NCBI GenBank assembly: GCA_951406725.2 | Contig: OX597819.1 | Location: 129,270,001 to 129,334,000, forward strand | Reading direction: 5' to 3' | DNA length: 64,000 bases | Source: Octopus vulgaris | Taxonomy: Eukaryota | In this document: in pieces, positions 15,027 through 28,777 of the stretch | Position numbering within the stretch: the stretch's first letter is position 1 | How the letters are laid out: every line of letters begins with the position of its first letter | Program-made: the position numbers and the translations under genes | The notes under the pieces: model-generated | What the model saw: the letters and a program-made list of their open reading frames with translations, nothing else | Databases searched by the model: none | What the model was told of the DNA's origin: nothing

Positions 15027-15325
15027 TAGTTACAGGATTAATTAGAATCTAGGCGCGATTAAACGTAGGACGTCGGAACTGGCTGGTACCATGAGGTTCT
15101 CAGTGAGGTCAATCAACCATGAGATATCATGTGTTGATATTATACCGCAGGTATGTAAATATTTAAGTACCAAATCCAATTTAAACTTTAGATGCTACTC
15201 AGAGTTGGTTCCAGCTGCGACGTAAGTATAAAAGGAAGAACACAAACGGGTCTGAAATTTACTACAGCTGTTTCGGTAGCTGCAGTAAATTTTAAACCCT
15301 AATTGTGTTCGTTATACACGCGCGC

Positions 15326-15360
<35 letters not shown>

Positions 15361-15717
15361 CAGATGTGAGCGTCTGTGAGTGTGTAGAGGTCTGCCTGGA
15401 TGTGTACAGAGATGGGCATGTCCATCACCGCTTTCCTCTTATCTCCATCACCAAGTCCCTTAACACTATCTTACTATCTCACACTCTGCAACCCTCTATT
15501 CTGCTATACCAGTAAACTTGCAAACAATTTACATTACTGAGATATATTAGAGCATGCAGCGAACTTCTTTTTCTATTTGTTGCTGATAATGCCAGTGCAG
15601 TTGATTGTATTGGCGCAAAAGGGCTTGCGTAATAATGACACTCGACTTGAAACACGTGTCTGTTACATAAAGCTTAAAAATATTGCGTTTCCTATGTATA
15701 TTATTAACATATATATT

Positions 15718-15847
15718 ACCAACCACATGGTTCCGGGTTCAGTACCACTGCGTGGCACCTTGGGCAAGTGTCTTCTGCTATAGCCTTGGGCCAACCAAAG
15801 CCTTGTGAGTGGATTTGGTAGACGGAAACCGAAAGAAGTTCGTCGTA

Positions 15848-15909
<62 letters not shown>

Positions 15910-15921
15910 TATATATATATA

Positions 15922-15975
<54 letters not shown>

Positions 15976-16195
15976 GTATGTATATGTTTCTGTGTTTGTT
16001 CCCCCAACATCGCTTGGCAACCGATGGTGGTGTGTTTACGTACCCGTAAATAAGCGGTTCGGCAAAAGAGACCGATAGAATAAGTACTCGGCTTACAAAG
16101 AATAAGTACTGAGGTCGATTTGCTCGACTAAAGGCGGTGCTCCAGCATGGCCACAGTCAAATGACTGACACAAATAAAGAGTAAAGAGTAAAAGA
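15718..16195 (+). mobile_element. SINE family C (CORE-like segment, internal (TA)n, LINE-type 3' tail)
   Basis: gcaccttgggcaagtgtctt resembles the CORE-SINE motif; tail ggcggtgctccagcatggccacagtc...gactga; (GTAAAGA)n end. Confidence 0.8.
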
Positions 16196-16210
16196 GATAT
16201 ATATATACAC

Positions 16211-16272
<62 letters not shown>

Positions 16273-16537
16273 TTGTGTATATGTGTGTGTGTTTGTTTTT
16301 ATGTGAAATTATATACAAAAACAATTTAACATTAATTTGACTAATCACTCTAGTAGAGTACATATTTATTTTCAAGAAAAAAGGTTGACAATGACTTCGA
16401 AGTTTCGACTTATATACCTATCTATTTATGATATACCAAAATTTTAATCTTCGGACTGATTCAATTTACCTTTATTTAAAACATACAGCCGGGTATTTAT
16501 TTTATTTTCGATATCGTTGTTGATCAATTATCTTTTA

Positions 16538-16753
16538 GTGGATCGCTGAGAAGTTCCCGGCTTTAAGAGTATCGCGAAAAACCTGGTTGGAGGCCCGACA
16601 TACCCAGTTCTTTTACAGGGCTTGGAAAAACTGACGGACTATTACAATAAGTGTGTGAATCTGAGAGGGGAATATATTGAGTGAAACCATAATTAACTAA
16701 TCTTCCTATGTTTTCTTTACCCAAAGCCAGGAACTTTTCGGTACACCCTCGTA
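16538..16753 (+). mobile_element. Mariner-derived internally deleted element (MITE)
   Basis: Imperfect TIRs (ctgagaagttcccggcttt / aaagccaggaacttttcgg...ccctcgta) and the transposase C-terminus GLEKLTDYYNKCVNLRGEYIE*. Homologous to 49866-50057. Confidence 0.75.
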
Positions 16754-18044
16754 AAAGTACTTTGAAAACCTTTTCGACGTATGACTTTTCGATATAAAAT
16801 ATTAGTTATTCTCCATTTTGTTCTTCACTTCATTTAATGTTGTCTTTTTTTATCAGATTATTTCTCTTCTTTGTAATTCCCTTAATAAATTATTTTAATT
16901 ATTAATTTCTGCTCATTTATGAATTATTTATTATGACTTTAATGTAAATTTCATTTCAGTAAATCAAAGACAGATTTTATATGGAATTTTTTTTATAAAT
17001 TCACCAGTTAAGTCATGCGACCTAGTTTTTAGTCTAACCATAGTATAATAATTACTAAATATGAGGTATCTAAGATTTAAATTGTTTTCAAAGTGTTATG
17101 TAGGTTAAATGTGAGCATTCATAGAGAAGAATAAATAATAAAGAAGTTGATAATTCATTCCAAAATTCGTGAAGGGAAATAACGCTTGCTAAGAAAGAGA
17201 CCCTCGCCGAGTTTTCGAATTACAAACAAAATGTAATGATAGAATCAAACGTTTAAAACACTATTTAAATGTGGCTATAAATATGCATGTTTATAACATG
17301 TGTATTGTGCGTTTGATCAAATTAATACACACTTTCTGGTGTTCATATTTAGCGAAGATACAAAAGATCTTTGTGTTGCCGCTAAATTTGGATGCAACAG
17401 CAACAAAATTCTGCAGTGATAAAAGCTTAGTTGTCAAAATTCTCATGACGCATGTAATCGAAGCCACCATTATGACGATTGTGCCAAGGAAGATGTTTAC
17501 ATTTCACGCATACCCTTGTCTCATCATATCTACTTTTTCAGTTCAAGCATATTCAGTTCAAATGATTGTCTTTTTCTATAACCTTCAACGGGTAACAAGG
17601 ACAAATACTCTGCGATTCCATTTAGAGTTGAAGTAGCAAAACCATGTTTCTCTTATGCTAGGCTCTGTTAGTTCATAATGACCTACTGAGCCATCTTTTC
17701 ATCAGAATACCGGATCGCAGAACAAGAAATGTTGTTCTCCACCAAAAATTTGGCTGGGTTAAAGTACATTTCTGTTAGAATTATTCTATTTTATGTGTTG
17801 CATATCAATTTAGAATTACAAAAACAAAAAATGTGAAGTAAAATAAAAAGATAGTAATCAAAAATATAAGCGACCTCAAAGCTTTCACACTTCATAGGAA
17901 TCTGAAAAGATTTAAGTTTAAGCACGAATCTGTATTACAATAAAAAAAATATATGTAAATATAATTGCATAAAAGTGGTCTACTTAATCACTTGCTATAA
18001 TGGAAACTAAAAGTCGGTAGCCGTGCAACGCCGGGTATCTCTGT

Positions 18045-18839
<795 letters not shown>

Positions 18840-18969
18840 TTTCAAACGCACATGTAAAAGTACGTCTGCTATCTTTCAGAATCGCATCTGACAGATCACA
18901 GACGTGCTTTGCGTCTCCGTAAAACCCGAAGTAATGCAGTAGAGAACCGTTAGCTGTTTGGTTATAAAT

Positions 18970-19354
18970 GGAAGCACTCCGTCGGTTACGACGACGATGG
19001 TTCCGGTTGATCCGAATCAACGGAACAGCCTGCTCGTGAAATTAACGTGCAAGTGGCCGAGCACTCCACAGACACGTGTACCCTTAACGTAATTCTCGGG
19101 GATATTCAGCGTGACACAGAGAGTGACAAGGCCGGCCCTTTGAAATACAGGTACAACAGAAACAGGAAGTAAGAGTGAGAGAAAGTTGTGGTGAAAGAGT
19201 ACAGCAGGGATCACCACCATCCCCTGCCGGAGCCTCGTGGAGCTTTAAGGTGTTTTCGCTCAATAAACACTCACAACGCCCGGTCTGGGAATCGAAATCG
19301 CGATCTTACGACCGCGAGTCCGCTGCCCTAACCACTGGGCCATTGCGCCTCCAC
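18970..19354 (-). mobile_element. SINE with family A head but a different body/tail
   Basis: Same tRNA head; diverges after cttcctgtttct. 12-bp TSD ttggttataaat on both sides. Confidence 0.85.
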
Positions 19355-19504
19355 TTGGTTATAAATATATCTCTACAGAATTCATCGAACGTCCTTTTTG
19401 TTTCGTTCGCATACGCGTGCGCACTCACTCATAATACAAACACATTCACGCATAGACACGCAGGTGCGTTCTCGTTCGTGCGTATATATGTAAGTAGACC
19501 ACTA

Positions 19505-20250
19505 AGGTGGCGAGCTAGCAGAATCGTTAGCACGCCGGGCGAAATGCTCAGCGGTATTTCGTCTGCCGTTACGTTCTGAGTTCAAATTCAGCCGAGGTCG
19601 ACTTTGCATTTCATCCTTTCGGGGTCGATTAAGTAAGTACCAGTTACGCACTGGGGTCGATATAATCGACTGAATCCGTTTGTCTGTCCTTGTTTGTCCT
19701 CTCTGTGTTTAGCCCCTTGTGGGTAGTAAAGAAATAGGTATTTTGTCTGCCGTTAAGTTCTGAGTTCAAATTCCGCCGAGGTCCACTTTGCCTTTCATCC
19801 TTTCAGGGTCGATTAAATAAGTACCAGTTACGCACTGGGGTCGATATAATCGACTTAATCCGTTTGTCTGTCCTTGTTTGTCCTCTCTGTGTTTAGCCCC
19901 TTGTGGGTAGTAAAGAAATAGGTATTTTGTCTGCCGTTACGTTCTGAGTTCAAATTCCGCCGAGGTCGACTTTGCCTATCATCCTTTCAGGGTCGATTAA
20001 ATAAGTACCAGTTACGCACTAGGGTCGATATAATCGACTTAATCCGTTTGTCTGTCCTTGTTTGTCCTCTCTGTGTTTAGCCTCTTGTAGGTAGTAAAGA
20101 AATAGGTATTTCGTCTGCCGTTACGTTCTGAGTTCAAATTCCACCGAGGTCATCTTTTGGGATCGATAAATTAAGTATCAGTTACGCACTGGAGTCGATG
20201 TATTTCGACTAGTCCCTTCCCCACAATTTCAGGTCTTGCGCCTATGGTAG
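19505..20250 (+). mobile_element. SINE family B, multimeric (head + three 184-bp units + partial unit)
   Basis: Head aggtggcgagctagcagaatcgttagcac; B box gagttcaaattc; unit starts (ggtatt) at 19553, 19737, 19921 and 20105. Confidence 0.88.
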
Positions 20251-20267
20251 AAAGGGATTTTGGTTTA

Positions 20268-20498
20268 AGGTGACAAGCTGGCAGAAACATTAGCATGCCG
20301 AGTGAAATGCTTAGCGGTATTTCGTCTGCCGTTACGTCCTGAGTTCAAATTCCGCCCGAGGTCGACTTTGCCTATCATTCTTTCGGGGTCGATTAAATAA
20401 ATACCAATTACGCACTGGGGTCGATGTAATCGACTTAATACCTTTGTCTGTCCTTGTTTGTTGCCTCTGTGTGTAGCTCCTTGTGGGTAGTAAAGAAA
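20268..20498 (+). mobile_element. SINE family B monomer
   Basis: Head-to-tail homology with the 19505 copy. Confidence 0.85.
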
Positions 20499-20941
20499 TG
20501 TGTATATATGCATGTACACAGACACACACACACAGAAGCTTACTCTTACATAAATATATACAAATATAGTTATATAATATAACAGGCAAATATTTATTAT
20601 ATATATGATATGTAGTATGTGTGTACTTATTATATGTACTTGTATGTGTGTTTCATTATATGTATATGAGTGTGAGTAGATATGCATATCTATATATATA
20701 TGTATAAATATACATACATACATGCATGCATACATACATACATCCATAAGTGTATGTACATATATACAGATATACGTAAACGTATGTGTGTATGTAAATA
20801 CATAATGTAATATAAATGTACATGTGCATATATACACACCCACACTCACAAATACACACATACATACAAACATATATATACATATATATATACACCTACA
20901 TATATATATGTGTGTGTGTGTATTTTTTTTTTTTTTTTATG

Positions 20942-21055
<114 letters not shown>

Positions 21056-21373
21056 TATAATTCATTAGCTGCGTGTTAGGTTACTTCCCTGACTCACTCG
21101 GCTCACTTCTGTACATAAACACACAAACACATTCTCCAACTGTTAACATAATGTTCTTTGTTTTTCGGGGGTTTTTTTCTTCTCGTTTTTGTTGCTTTTT
21201 AGCTCGTTTGTTTTGTTTCGCTCTTAATTAGCTGTGAAGTGATTGGATTTAGCACTGGAGTGATTGGAAATGGGATGTTCTGGTACTTAAAATTCTTTCG
21301 GACAACACCGAGATCGTGTGAAAGTGAGAGAGAAGGGGGGAGGCTGGGAGCGAAAGAGAAAGAGAGAAAAAAT

Positions 21374-21412
<39 letters not shown>

Positions 21413-21529
21413 GAAGAAAGCGAAGAGGACGATGTACTTCCACAACCAATACCCAGACACACACACACACACATAAACATATATCTATAGTAAGTACCAG
21501 ACTTCTTAAAATAGTCCTAAATTTTGCTG

Positions 21530-21575
<46 letters not shown>

Positions 21576-21577
<2 letters not shown>

Positions 21578-21641
21578 CCCCGGGCCGACCAATGCCTTGT
21601 GAGTGGATTTGGTAGACGGAAACTGAAAGAAGCCCGTCGTA

Positions 21642-21713
<72 letters not shown>

Positions 21714-21766
21714 CCGGGCCGACCAATGCCTTGTGAGTGGATTTGGTGTGAAAGAAGCCCGTCGTG

Positions 21767-21814
<48 letters not shown>

Positions 21815-22070
21815 ATGTGTATGTGTGTGTATTTGTGTGTCTGTGTTTGTCCGCCTAGCATTGCTTGACAACCGATGCTGGTGTGTTTATGTCCCCGTCA
21901 ATTAGCGGTTCGGCAAAAAGAGACCGATAGAATAAGTACTGGGCTTACAAAAAGAATAAGTCCCGGGGTCGAGTTGCTCGATTAAGTCCTGGGGTCGATT
22001 AAGAATTCGACTAGAAGTTCTTCGAGGCGGTGTCCCAGCATGGCCGCAGTCTAATGACCGAAAGAAATAA
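21576..22070 (+). mobile_element. SINE family C, 5'-truncated, with duplicated internal segment and (TA)n
   Basis: gccccgggccgaccaatgccttgtgagtggatttggt occurs twice (~21577 and ~21711); tail as in the other family C copies. Confidence 0.78.
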
Positions 22071-22279
22071 AGCTACACACACACACACACACACACATAC
22101 ATCACCATAAACGCACAGAAACTGAAACGAAAATCCAAAACGTGTGTCCCTCGTGGGTCTTCCATGCCATCATTCATCTTTCGAATTTTCTTCTTCTTTG
22201 TTCTTCTTCCTCTTATCTCTCATTCTCTTTCATCTTATCTTCAATTGGTTTCCTATCAAAATGACCCAAAATGCCCCAC

Positions 22280-22466
22280 TCTTCACTCTCTCCCACTTTC
22301 TTTCTCTCGCTCTCTTTCTCTCGCTCTCTTTCTCTCACTTTCTCCTACACCCCCTCTCTTTCCATTCATCTGTCTATCTATTCACCTATATTTCTCTCTA
22401 CCTGTCTCTCAATCTATCTATTTATAAGTCTAATTCTCTATGTCTGTTATTATCAGTCTATCTGCG

Positions 22467-22512
<46 letters not shown>

Positions 22513-22527
22513 CTTTCTCATTGATTG

Positions 22528-22558
<31 letters not shown>

Positions 22559-22700
22559 TTATCTATCTGTATGTCTGTCTATCTATATTTCTCCTCTCTT
22601 TCTGTCTCTCTCTCAGTCTCTCACAATCTCTCTCCTCTCTCTATCTCTCTCTCTCTATCGATTTATCTATCTGTCTTTCTATCTATATTTCTCCTCTCTT

Positions 22701-22739
<39 letters not shown>

Positions 22740-22740
22740 A

Positions 22741-22779
<39 letters not shown>

Positions 22780-23100
22780 CTCCTCCTCTCTCTCTCTCCT
22801 CCTCTCTCTCTCTCTATCTATCGATTTATCTATCTGTATGTCTTTCTATCTATATTTCTCCTCTCTTTCTGTCTCTCTCACAATCTCTCTCTCCCCTTCT
22901 CTCTCTCACTCTCTCTCTCTCTCTCTCTCAATATATATTACTTTTTATGTCTCACTTTCTCATTTAACTTCTCTCCATTCTTCCAACTTCTACCCTTTCT
23001 CTTTCTCTCTCATTCTCATCCACGCAACTAAGTTCGACTCCACTTTTCCCTCCTCCTTCTCCCCCCCCTCTCTCATTCTTTCTATCTTTGCACACACATA
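22280..23100. repeat. Polypyrimidine (CT)n-rich low-complexity tract with internal re-duplicated units
   Basis: Direct inspection; atcgatttatctatctgt...ctatatttctcctctctttct recurs three times. Confidence 0.9.
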
Positions 23101-23479
23101 AACACACACAAATATACACGCATGTGGCTCACGTGCAGCGGTAGTAAAACGCATTGTCTCAACGCTTCTCACTTAAAACCTCATTCAATCCTTCACCAAA
23201 CGTCATAAGATAAATACCATATCCTACGGTTTCTGGTTTCACCTGAAGAGGTGAGGAGGCGGCGGGAGCCTTTATTCTATTAATATGTGACGGCAGGGGT
23301 GGGGGAAGGGTCATTATAACTGATAACATGCACTCGCTTCCCCGTGTTTTATAACTTTCTAAATAGGGAGCTCTGCTGAGTTGTTATGGTTAGCCTTCAG
23401 CTCTCAGGTTCTCTCTCATCTTCACACACACAAGCACTCATGCACACATTTTTTGTTATCTTTCTACTTCATTTCCCTC

Positions 23480-23516
<37 letters not shown>

Positions 23517-23917
23517 TTCGTTCTCATTCTAGGGAGCGGCTGCTGTTCACGCAACAAATATATTTCACAGGTTTCCCTTCTAAGCCTTACATGCCTTCAT
23601 TATCTGTTCTTACCTAATTCGTCGCCCAGTTCAACAGCACTAACATCACTGCCTGATTCTTGAGTCGTCTTTAAGCTCCACTTCTGTTGCAACGGACAGA
23701 GCGAGACGATTGGGCGTAGCCGTTTGGACGTTAGCGATTTGGCAAGGCTCATTGGATACTAAACCTCTTTTGGCGACAGTACACCACTGAAGGCAAAAAT
23801 TTATGTGAAATTAGCTGAGCACTCTACAGACACACGTATTAATACTTTGCATATACCACGTCCTCGCGTTGTTGTGTTTTTTCTTGTTGACTTCTTCTCC
23901 GTCTTTTTTTATTAATT

Positions 23918-23976
<59 letters not shown>

Positions 23977-24053
23977 TAAAAACAGTAAGATAACAAAAGA
24001 AAGAAAGAGATCTCAATATTATGTAAATAGAGGAATTTATCTGTAAAATAATA

Positions 24054-24211
24054 TGTGACAATTATTCAGTAGCCAAGATAAAACTCTGAGTTTCGGATTC
24101 CGAGGTAAAAATCCACACCATCGGCCAGATAACCGAAGAGATGGTGGTGAGGATTTCCACCTCGGCATCCGAAACTCAGAGTTTTATCTTGGCTACTGAA
24201 TAATTGTCACA
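24054..24211. repeat. Foldback inverted repeat with 45-bp perfect outer arms
   Basis: 24054-24098 is the reverse complement of 24167-24211; the inner part is imperfectly symmetric. Confidence 0.92.
24128..24188 (+). ncRNA. Degenerate type I hammerhead motif within a foldback element
   Basis: GAUAA-CCGAAGA-(GAUG...CAUC stem II)-C-GAAA-CUC A GAG-UU-UUAUC. Stem I (GAUAA/UUAUC) and stem III (CUC/GAG) pair, but the core has U4->C. Confidence 0.45.
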
Positions 24212-24214
24212 GGT

Positions 24215-24859
24215 ATATATGACTCGTCCGAGAAAATAACATTCTTCCACTGCACTAGGGACCAATTCTGTAGGTGTTTACTCCACTCTAAACATTTTGC
24301 AACGTTTGTTTTTGAAAGTAGTGGTTTTCTGATTGCAGCCCTCCCGTGAAATCCTGCTTTGTGCGGCTCCTGGCCAACAGGTTTTGTGGAAACTGGGTTC
24401 TGGAGGTGGTCATTAATCTCTGCAGTAATTTGGGGAGTTGTACTTTTGTGATCCTTTCTAACAATTCGCGTAAGGGCCCTATCTGAAAGTTTTGGTTTTC
24501 TTCTGGAGTTTTATTTCAACAAGGAAGTTTTCTCTTTTTCTCAAAGGCTGTCATTATTTTCGAGTCAGTACTTCTTGATACACCAAACATTTCGGCTGTT
24601 TTTGTTACGCTAGCGACTGCCATACGAGCACCAACAATTTGACCTCTTTGAAAGTTCGATAGATCTGTTATTTTAATGAATTTTAATTACCTTTCTCTGA
24701 TGATATCTGAAAAGAAACAGCAATTTTAGCTAATCATATTAAGAACACTAATAATAAATCAAAAACAAACATAAACAAACTTTTGACGGTTTTATAAATA
24801 TTTCAAAATTATGATGTTATGATGCTAGGTGTTTCCATTATTTTGTCCAACCCCTGTAT
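24215..24859 (-). mobile_element. Tc1-family transposon fragment (5' end and paired/HTH region)
   Basis: Minus strand starts TA-cagggg ttggacaaaataatggaaac (TIR-like) and encodes TDLSNFQRGQIVGARMAVASVTKTAEMFGVSRST, a typical Tc1 transposase N-terminus. Confidence 0.8.
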
Positions 24860-25744
24860 ATATATATATCATATGTAGGTTGGTAGGTAGATAGGCGGTG
24901 GTGTAGTAGTGGATTACAACTATTATTATTAACAAGTGTTTTTTTAATTAATGCTGTATGATTGATTAATATTTAGCATTTTAGTTATAAGTCCAGCATT
25001 ACAGCCTTCCGTTGCTCAGGATTTTCTTGTCCATTTTCAGAGACACTATCCAAGACAAGACTGGCTAGTGTAGCGAAACGTGTGTGAGTGTGTGTGCCTG
25101 TGTCAGTGTGCGTGCGTATGCGTGTAGGTGTATCTGTGTCCATGCGTGTTAATGTGTGCGTAAGATAGACAGTGTGTGTATATATATGTGAGCATGAATG
25201 TGTATGTGAATGTGTGTGTGTGAATGTGTGCAAGAGAGAGTGTATGTGTGTGTGAGAGAGTGTGTATGTGTGTGTGAGAGAGAGTGCGTACATGTGTGTT
25301 GTGCGTGTGTGTATGTGAGAGAGAAAGAGACAGAAAGAGAGAGAGAGAGAGAGCAAGGGACAGAAAGAGAGAGAGAGAGATAAAGAGAGAGTGTTTGTGG
25401 ATTTAAGTTAACTGCTGACTCGGTTTGCTATCGGGTTTTGCGTGCCATTATGAACATATGGACTAAACCGCGCTTGATTAGATAGGCACTTAAGACTTTT
25501 AAATCCTCGATAACAAGATAATTTGCCATGAATCAAACGAGTGTGTGTCTGAGCGTATGAATGTGTGTGCGTGTGTGTGTATGTGTACCTCTCTCTATCT
25601 GTGTGTGTGTGTATCTATATGTGCGTATATCTGTGTGTGTGTGTGTGTGTGTACCTTTCTCTATCTGTATGTGTGTATCTATATGTGCGTATATCTCTGT
25701 GTGTGTGTATCTATATGTGCCTATATCTGTGTGTGTGTGTGTGC

Positions 25745-25821
<77 letters not shown>

Positions 25822-27264
25822 GTGTGCAGAACAGCTTTTCTTTGAAACACGCCATAGTATAGATATGATTATTTTCGAGTTTAATCTTTTTTTTATTAAA
25901 GATTTTTCATATCTCCTAATTAGTCTCGTGTGTTTTAGTCTGGAGCAATGGCGTTCTTAATTTCACTGATGCTTCGATATTTTCTTGGCCTTACACTCTG
26001 ATTGAAATTATGATCATGGTGCTTCGCTACATTTTGCAGAAGGCCACAAGGGATCATGGAAAATAAGTTGTAACTCGTAAAATCATCATCGGCAGATTTA
26101 ATATCGCTTAACGATTAAGTCTTTGCTTACTTTCATAGCTTATTTCACGGGTTCTATAACAATACTGTTGTGTTTGTTTTGTATTTTACTATTAATAACG
26201 CTACTATTGTTAAATTCTATATTTCTCGTGGAATTCTATATTTGACGGCAACGATATCAAATTTTGTTTTTCTATGTAGTGTTTGTTTCGTGTTCTTCAT
26301 AGAATATGTTGCAATCGACCTTAGTAAATACATGATGAATCATTGAGAAAATGTCGTACATATGTATCCATTGTGACAGTTTGAGTCGTGAAGTTTACAA
26401 CTTTCGCATTTACATTGATATTTGTATATAATATTGGTTGTATGAAGTTCGTTCAGTGGATTAATTGCAGGCTTGAGGTTTCATGTTGATCAAAACCAGA
26501 CAGTCGTGTCTTGTATACACCCACACTCGCACACACTCACACTCATACATATTTTCTGTTTCCGTTGTATGTACGCGGGTGTGTTCAAAGAACACTTAAA
26601 CAAATATTTATGTGAGACACCAGATGAACCCACATTAAAGTAAGAAAGTCCTAAGTGCCAATCTCTCTCATACATTGGATAGTGTCTTCCAAGGTACATT
26701 ATCCACGAAAATATTAGAATGGTAATGCTAGACTATCTTTTATCATACGCCTGCTCGGTTAGGGTCATCAATTGTCAGATGTTGCTATTGACGATGATGA
26801 TGATGTTGTTATATTGTCCAGCAGTAATTTCCGAAGCAATATGACCCAGCGTCTTCTATTAATCAATATGAACGTAAATGTCGTGGTGTTCATGCTTTTC
26901 TTGACATGGGTTCGCACTTCAAAAGAAATGAAATTATAACGGCGGGGTTGAACAACTAATTCCAGCCTGCCGGGATTCACTGTTCGTCCTTTCGATCGAT
27001 AAAAGCCAAAACGTGGCTCGTGAAATTTCCGTTCCGGTGATTTCCCTGCGTCACCATCTCACCATTGTACGCCAATCCGTCGCAAAGTTACCCTTTTCCG
27101 GCTGAGTGGACTGGAGCAACATGAAACAAAGTGTTTTGCTCAAGAACACAGTGCACACAGCCGGTTTGCGAATCGAAACCATGATCTCACGATCATGAAT
27201 CTAACACCGTAACCGCTATGTCACTCACCTTCACTATCATATAATATACAATATTATAGAATTC

Positions 27265-27422
27265 CGTTCAAATTCCGCCGAGGTCGACTTTGCCTTTCAT
27301 CCTTTCGGGGTCGATTAAATAAATACCAATTACGCACTGGGGTCGATGTAATCAACTTAATCCCGTTGTCTGTCCTTGTTTGTCCCCTCTATGTTTAGCC
27401 CCCTGTGGGCAATAAAGAAATA
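27265..27422 (+). mobile_element. 5'-truncated SINE family B
   Basis: gttcaaattccgccgaggtcgac...gggcaataaagaaata. Confidence 0.8.
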
Positions 27423-28777
27423 AATATTATATAATTCCACACAGGAATTGAAACCGAACCGTCTGCTCGCCTCACTGTAGCTCAGGGGATCACCATCGAG
27501 TGGTGGTTGATGCTATTAGCCAACTTGCAAAATGTAAACAAAAATCTCCTGGATACACTGGCTCGGGAATGAAATTTGCTGAGGGGTTCAAACCCAGGTC
27601 CAAAACTATTTACAAACAAGGTCTTGTTTTTTTTTCTGCTATTTATTTTTGTGTTTTGTTCTTTGAGAAGGAACCTAACTCCAAGATACTTTTTACACAT
27701 CACATTTTGTCTACCGTTTTCTAAACCTGAGGAAAATAAGTAGGGCTGCAAATTTTGGTTCTGCACTCAGCAAAAATTCCCCTGTTCCCGGGCCCGTGCC
27801 TGGATACAACGGACACTGCCATACACCACACACTACACTTAGTCACATGGCAGACTTTAGGCTCATCAGTTCCCTAACAAAACTGAAACTGAGCATTAAA
27901 AGCTCACGAGACACCCGACGGCTCGCAGTGGGAAATTTGTATTTATTTACATTCAAGAAATTACACGTAGCCATCAGCCGTGTATTACGAAGAATAACAG
28001 CCGTGGACACATGTTCGCAGTGCAAGGACGCGAACCATTGAACACTTCCACTGGTTGTCATCATTTATTACCGACTCGGTCATCTTCGGTTCAGTTCAGA
28101 AAATCAACTTTGTTTAATTATTAATTTTCGATTACCCAACTGGCTCTATGGCCTTGGGGTTTTAATATTTTATGTAAACTTACACTGATATACCTATCTC
28201 AAAACAGATCGAAGACAAGGTGTCCATAAATTACAACCCACTCTATTTTATTACTACCGTTCATTGATAGAATGCAATTCTGCCACTAAATACTATAGCA
28301 GATCTTCTATAGCCAATGAGTATTCCTTCTGCTGCTGCTGCTGTTGATTCCACTGCCGCTCCATTTATTTCAGCTGATACTGCTTCACTATGGCCAATCA
28401 ATCAGTGTGAACTGATAGTATGTATTGCTGCCTCTGCACTACATTTATATCTCCAATCAATATATTGTGCTGGAAATATAGAACCTACTCTTCATTCGCA
28501 ATCCGCCCAATCGATCGACGTTTTCCTAAGTCCAGATTTTATGATTGCCATCTTATCAATATTGCAACGTGTAAAGGAATTTTCGTTTTACCTTGACACG
28601 CACAGAAGCCTTGTGTTTTCAAGAAGAGATGATGATGCGATACGGTTAACTTTTTTTTTTGTTATTAACAAGAAATCTCTACACGGTTGAGTGATTTGCT
28701 AGATAATTCTATCAAATTTCTTTCAAATCACAAATTGTGTAATGTAAAGAGGGATTCGTTGGGTAACGTAGTTACTT

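Noticed and set aside
15036-15156. Strong CAG|GTATGT donor as an upstream Ly6 coding exon
   Set aside because: Its ATG-open frames end in phase 0 or 2, incompatible with the phase 1 acceptor at 56116; a non-coding exon is not excluded.
19553-20250. 184-bp tandem units or the ~68-bp array at 35630 as a CRISPR-like array
   Set aside because: No unique spacers between constant repeats, no cas genes, eukaryotic context; the units are SINE-derived.
25399-25506. Short complementary segments suggesting a pseudoknot
   Set aside because: Helices of only 5-8 bp, expected by chance in AT-rich DNA.
27830-27875. Minus-strand CTGATGA as a hammerhead
   Set aside because: No GAAA box or closing stems at the required spacing.
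27482-28064. Cluster of short ORFs on both strands
   Set aside because: No recognisable domain or splice structure; probably old repeat or non-coding sequence.
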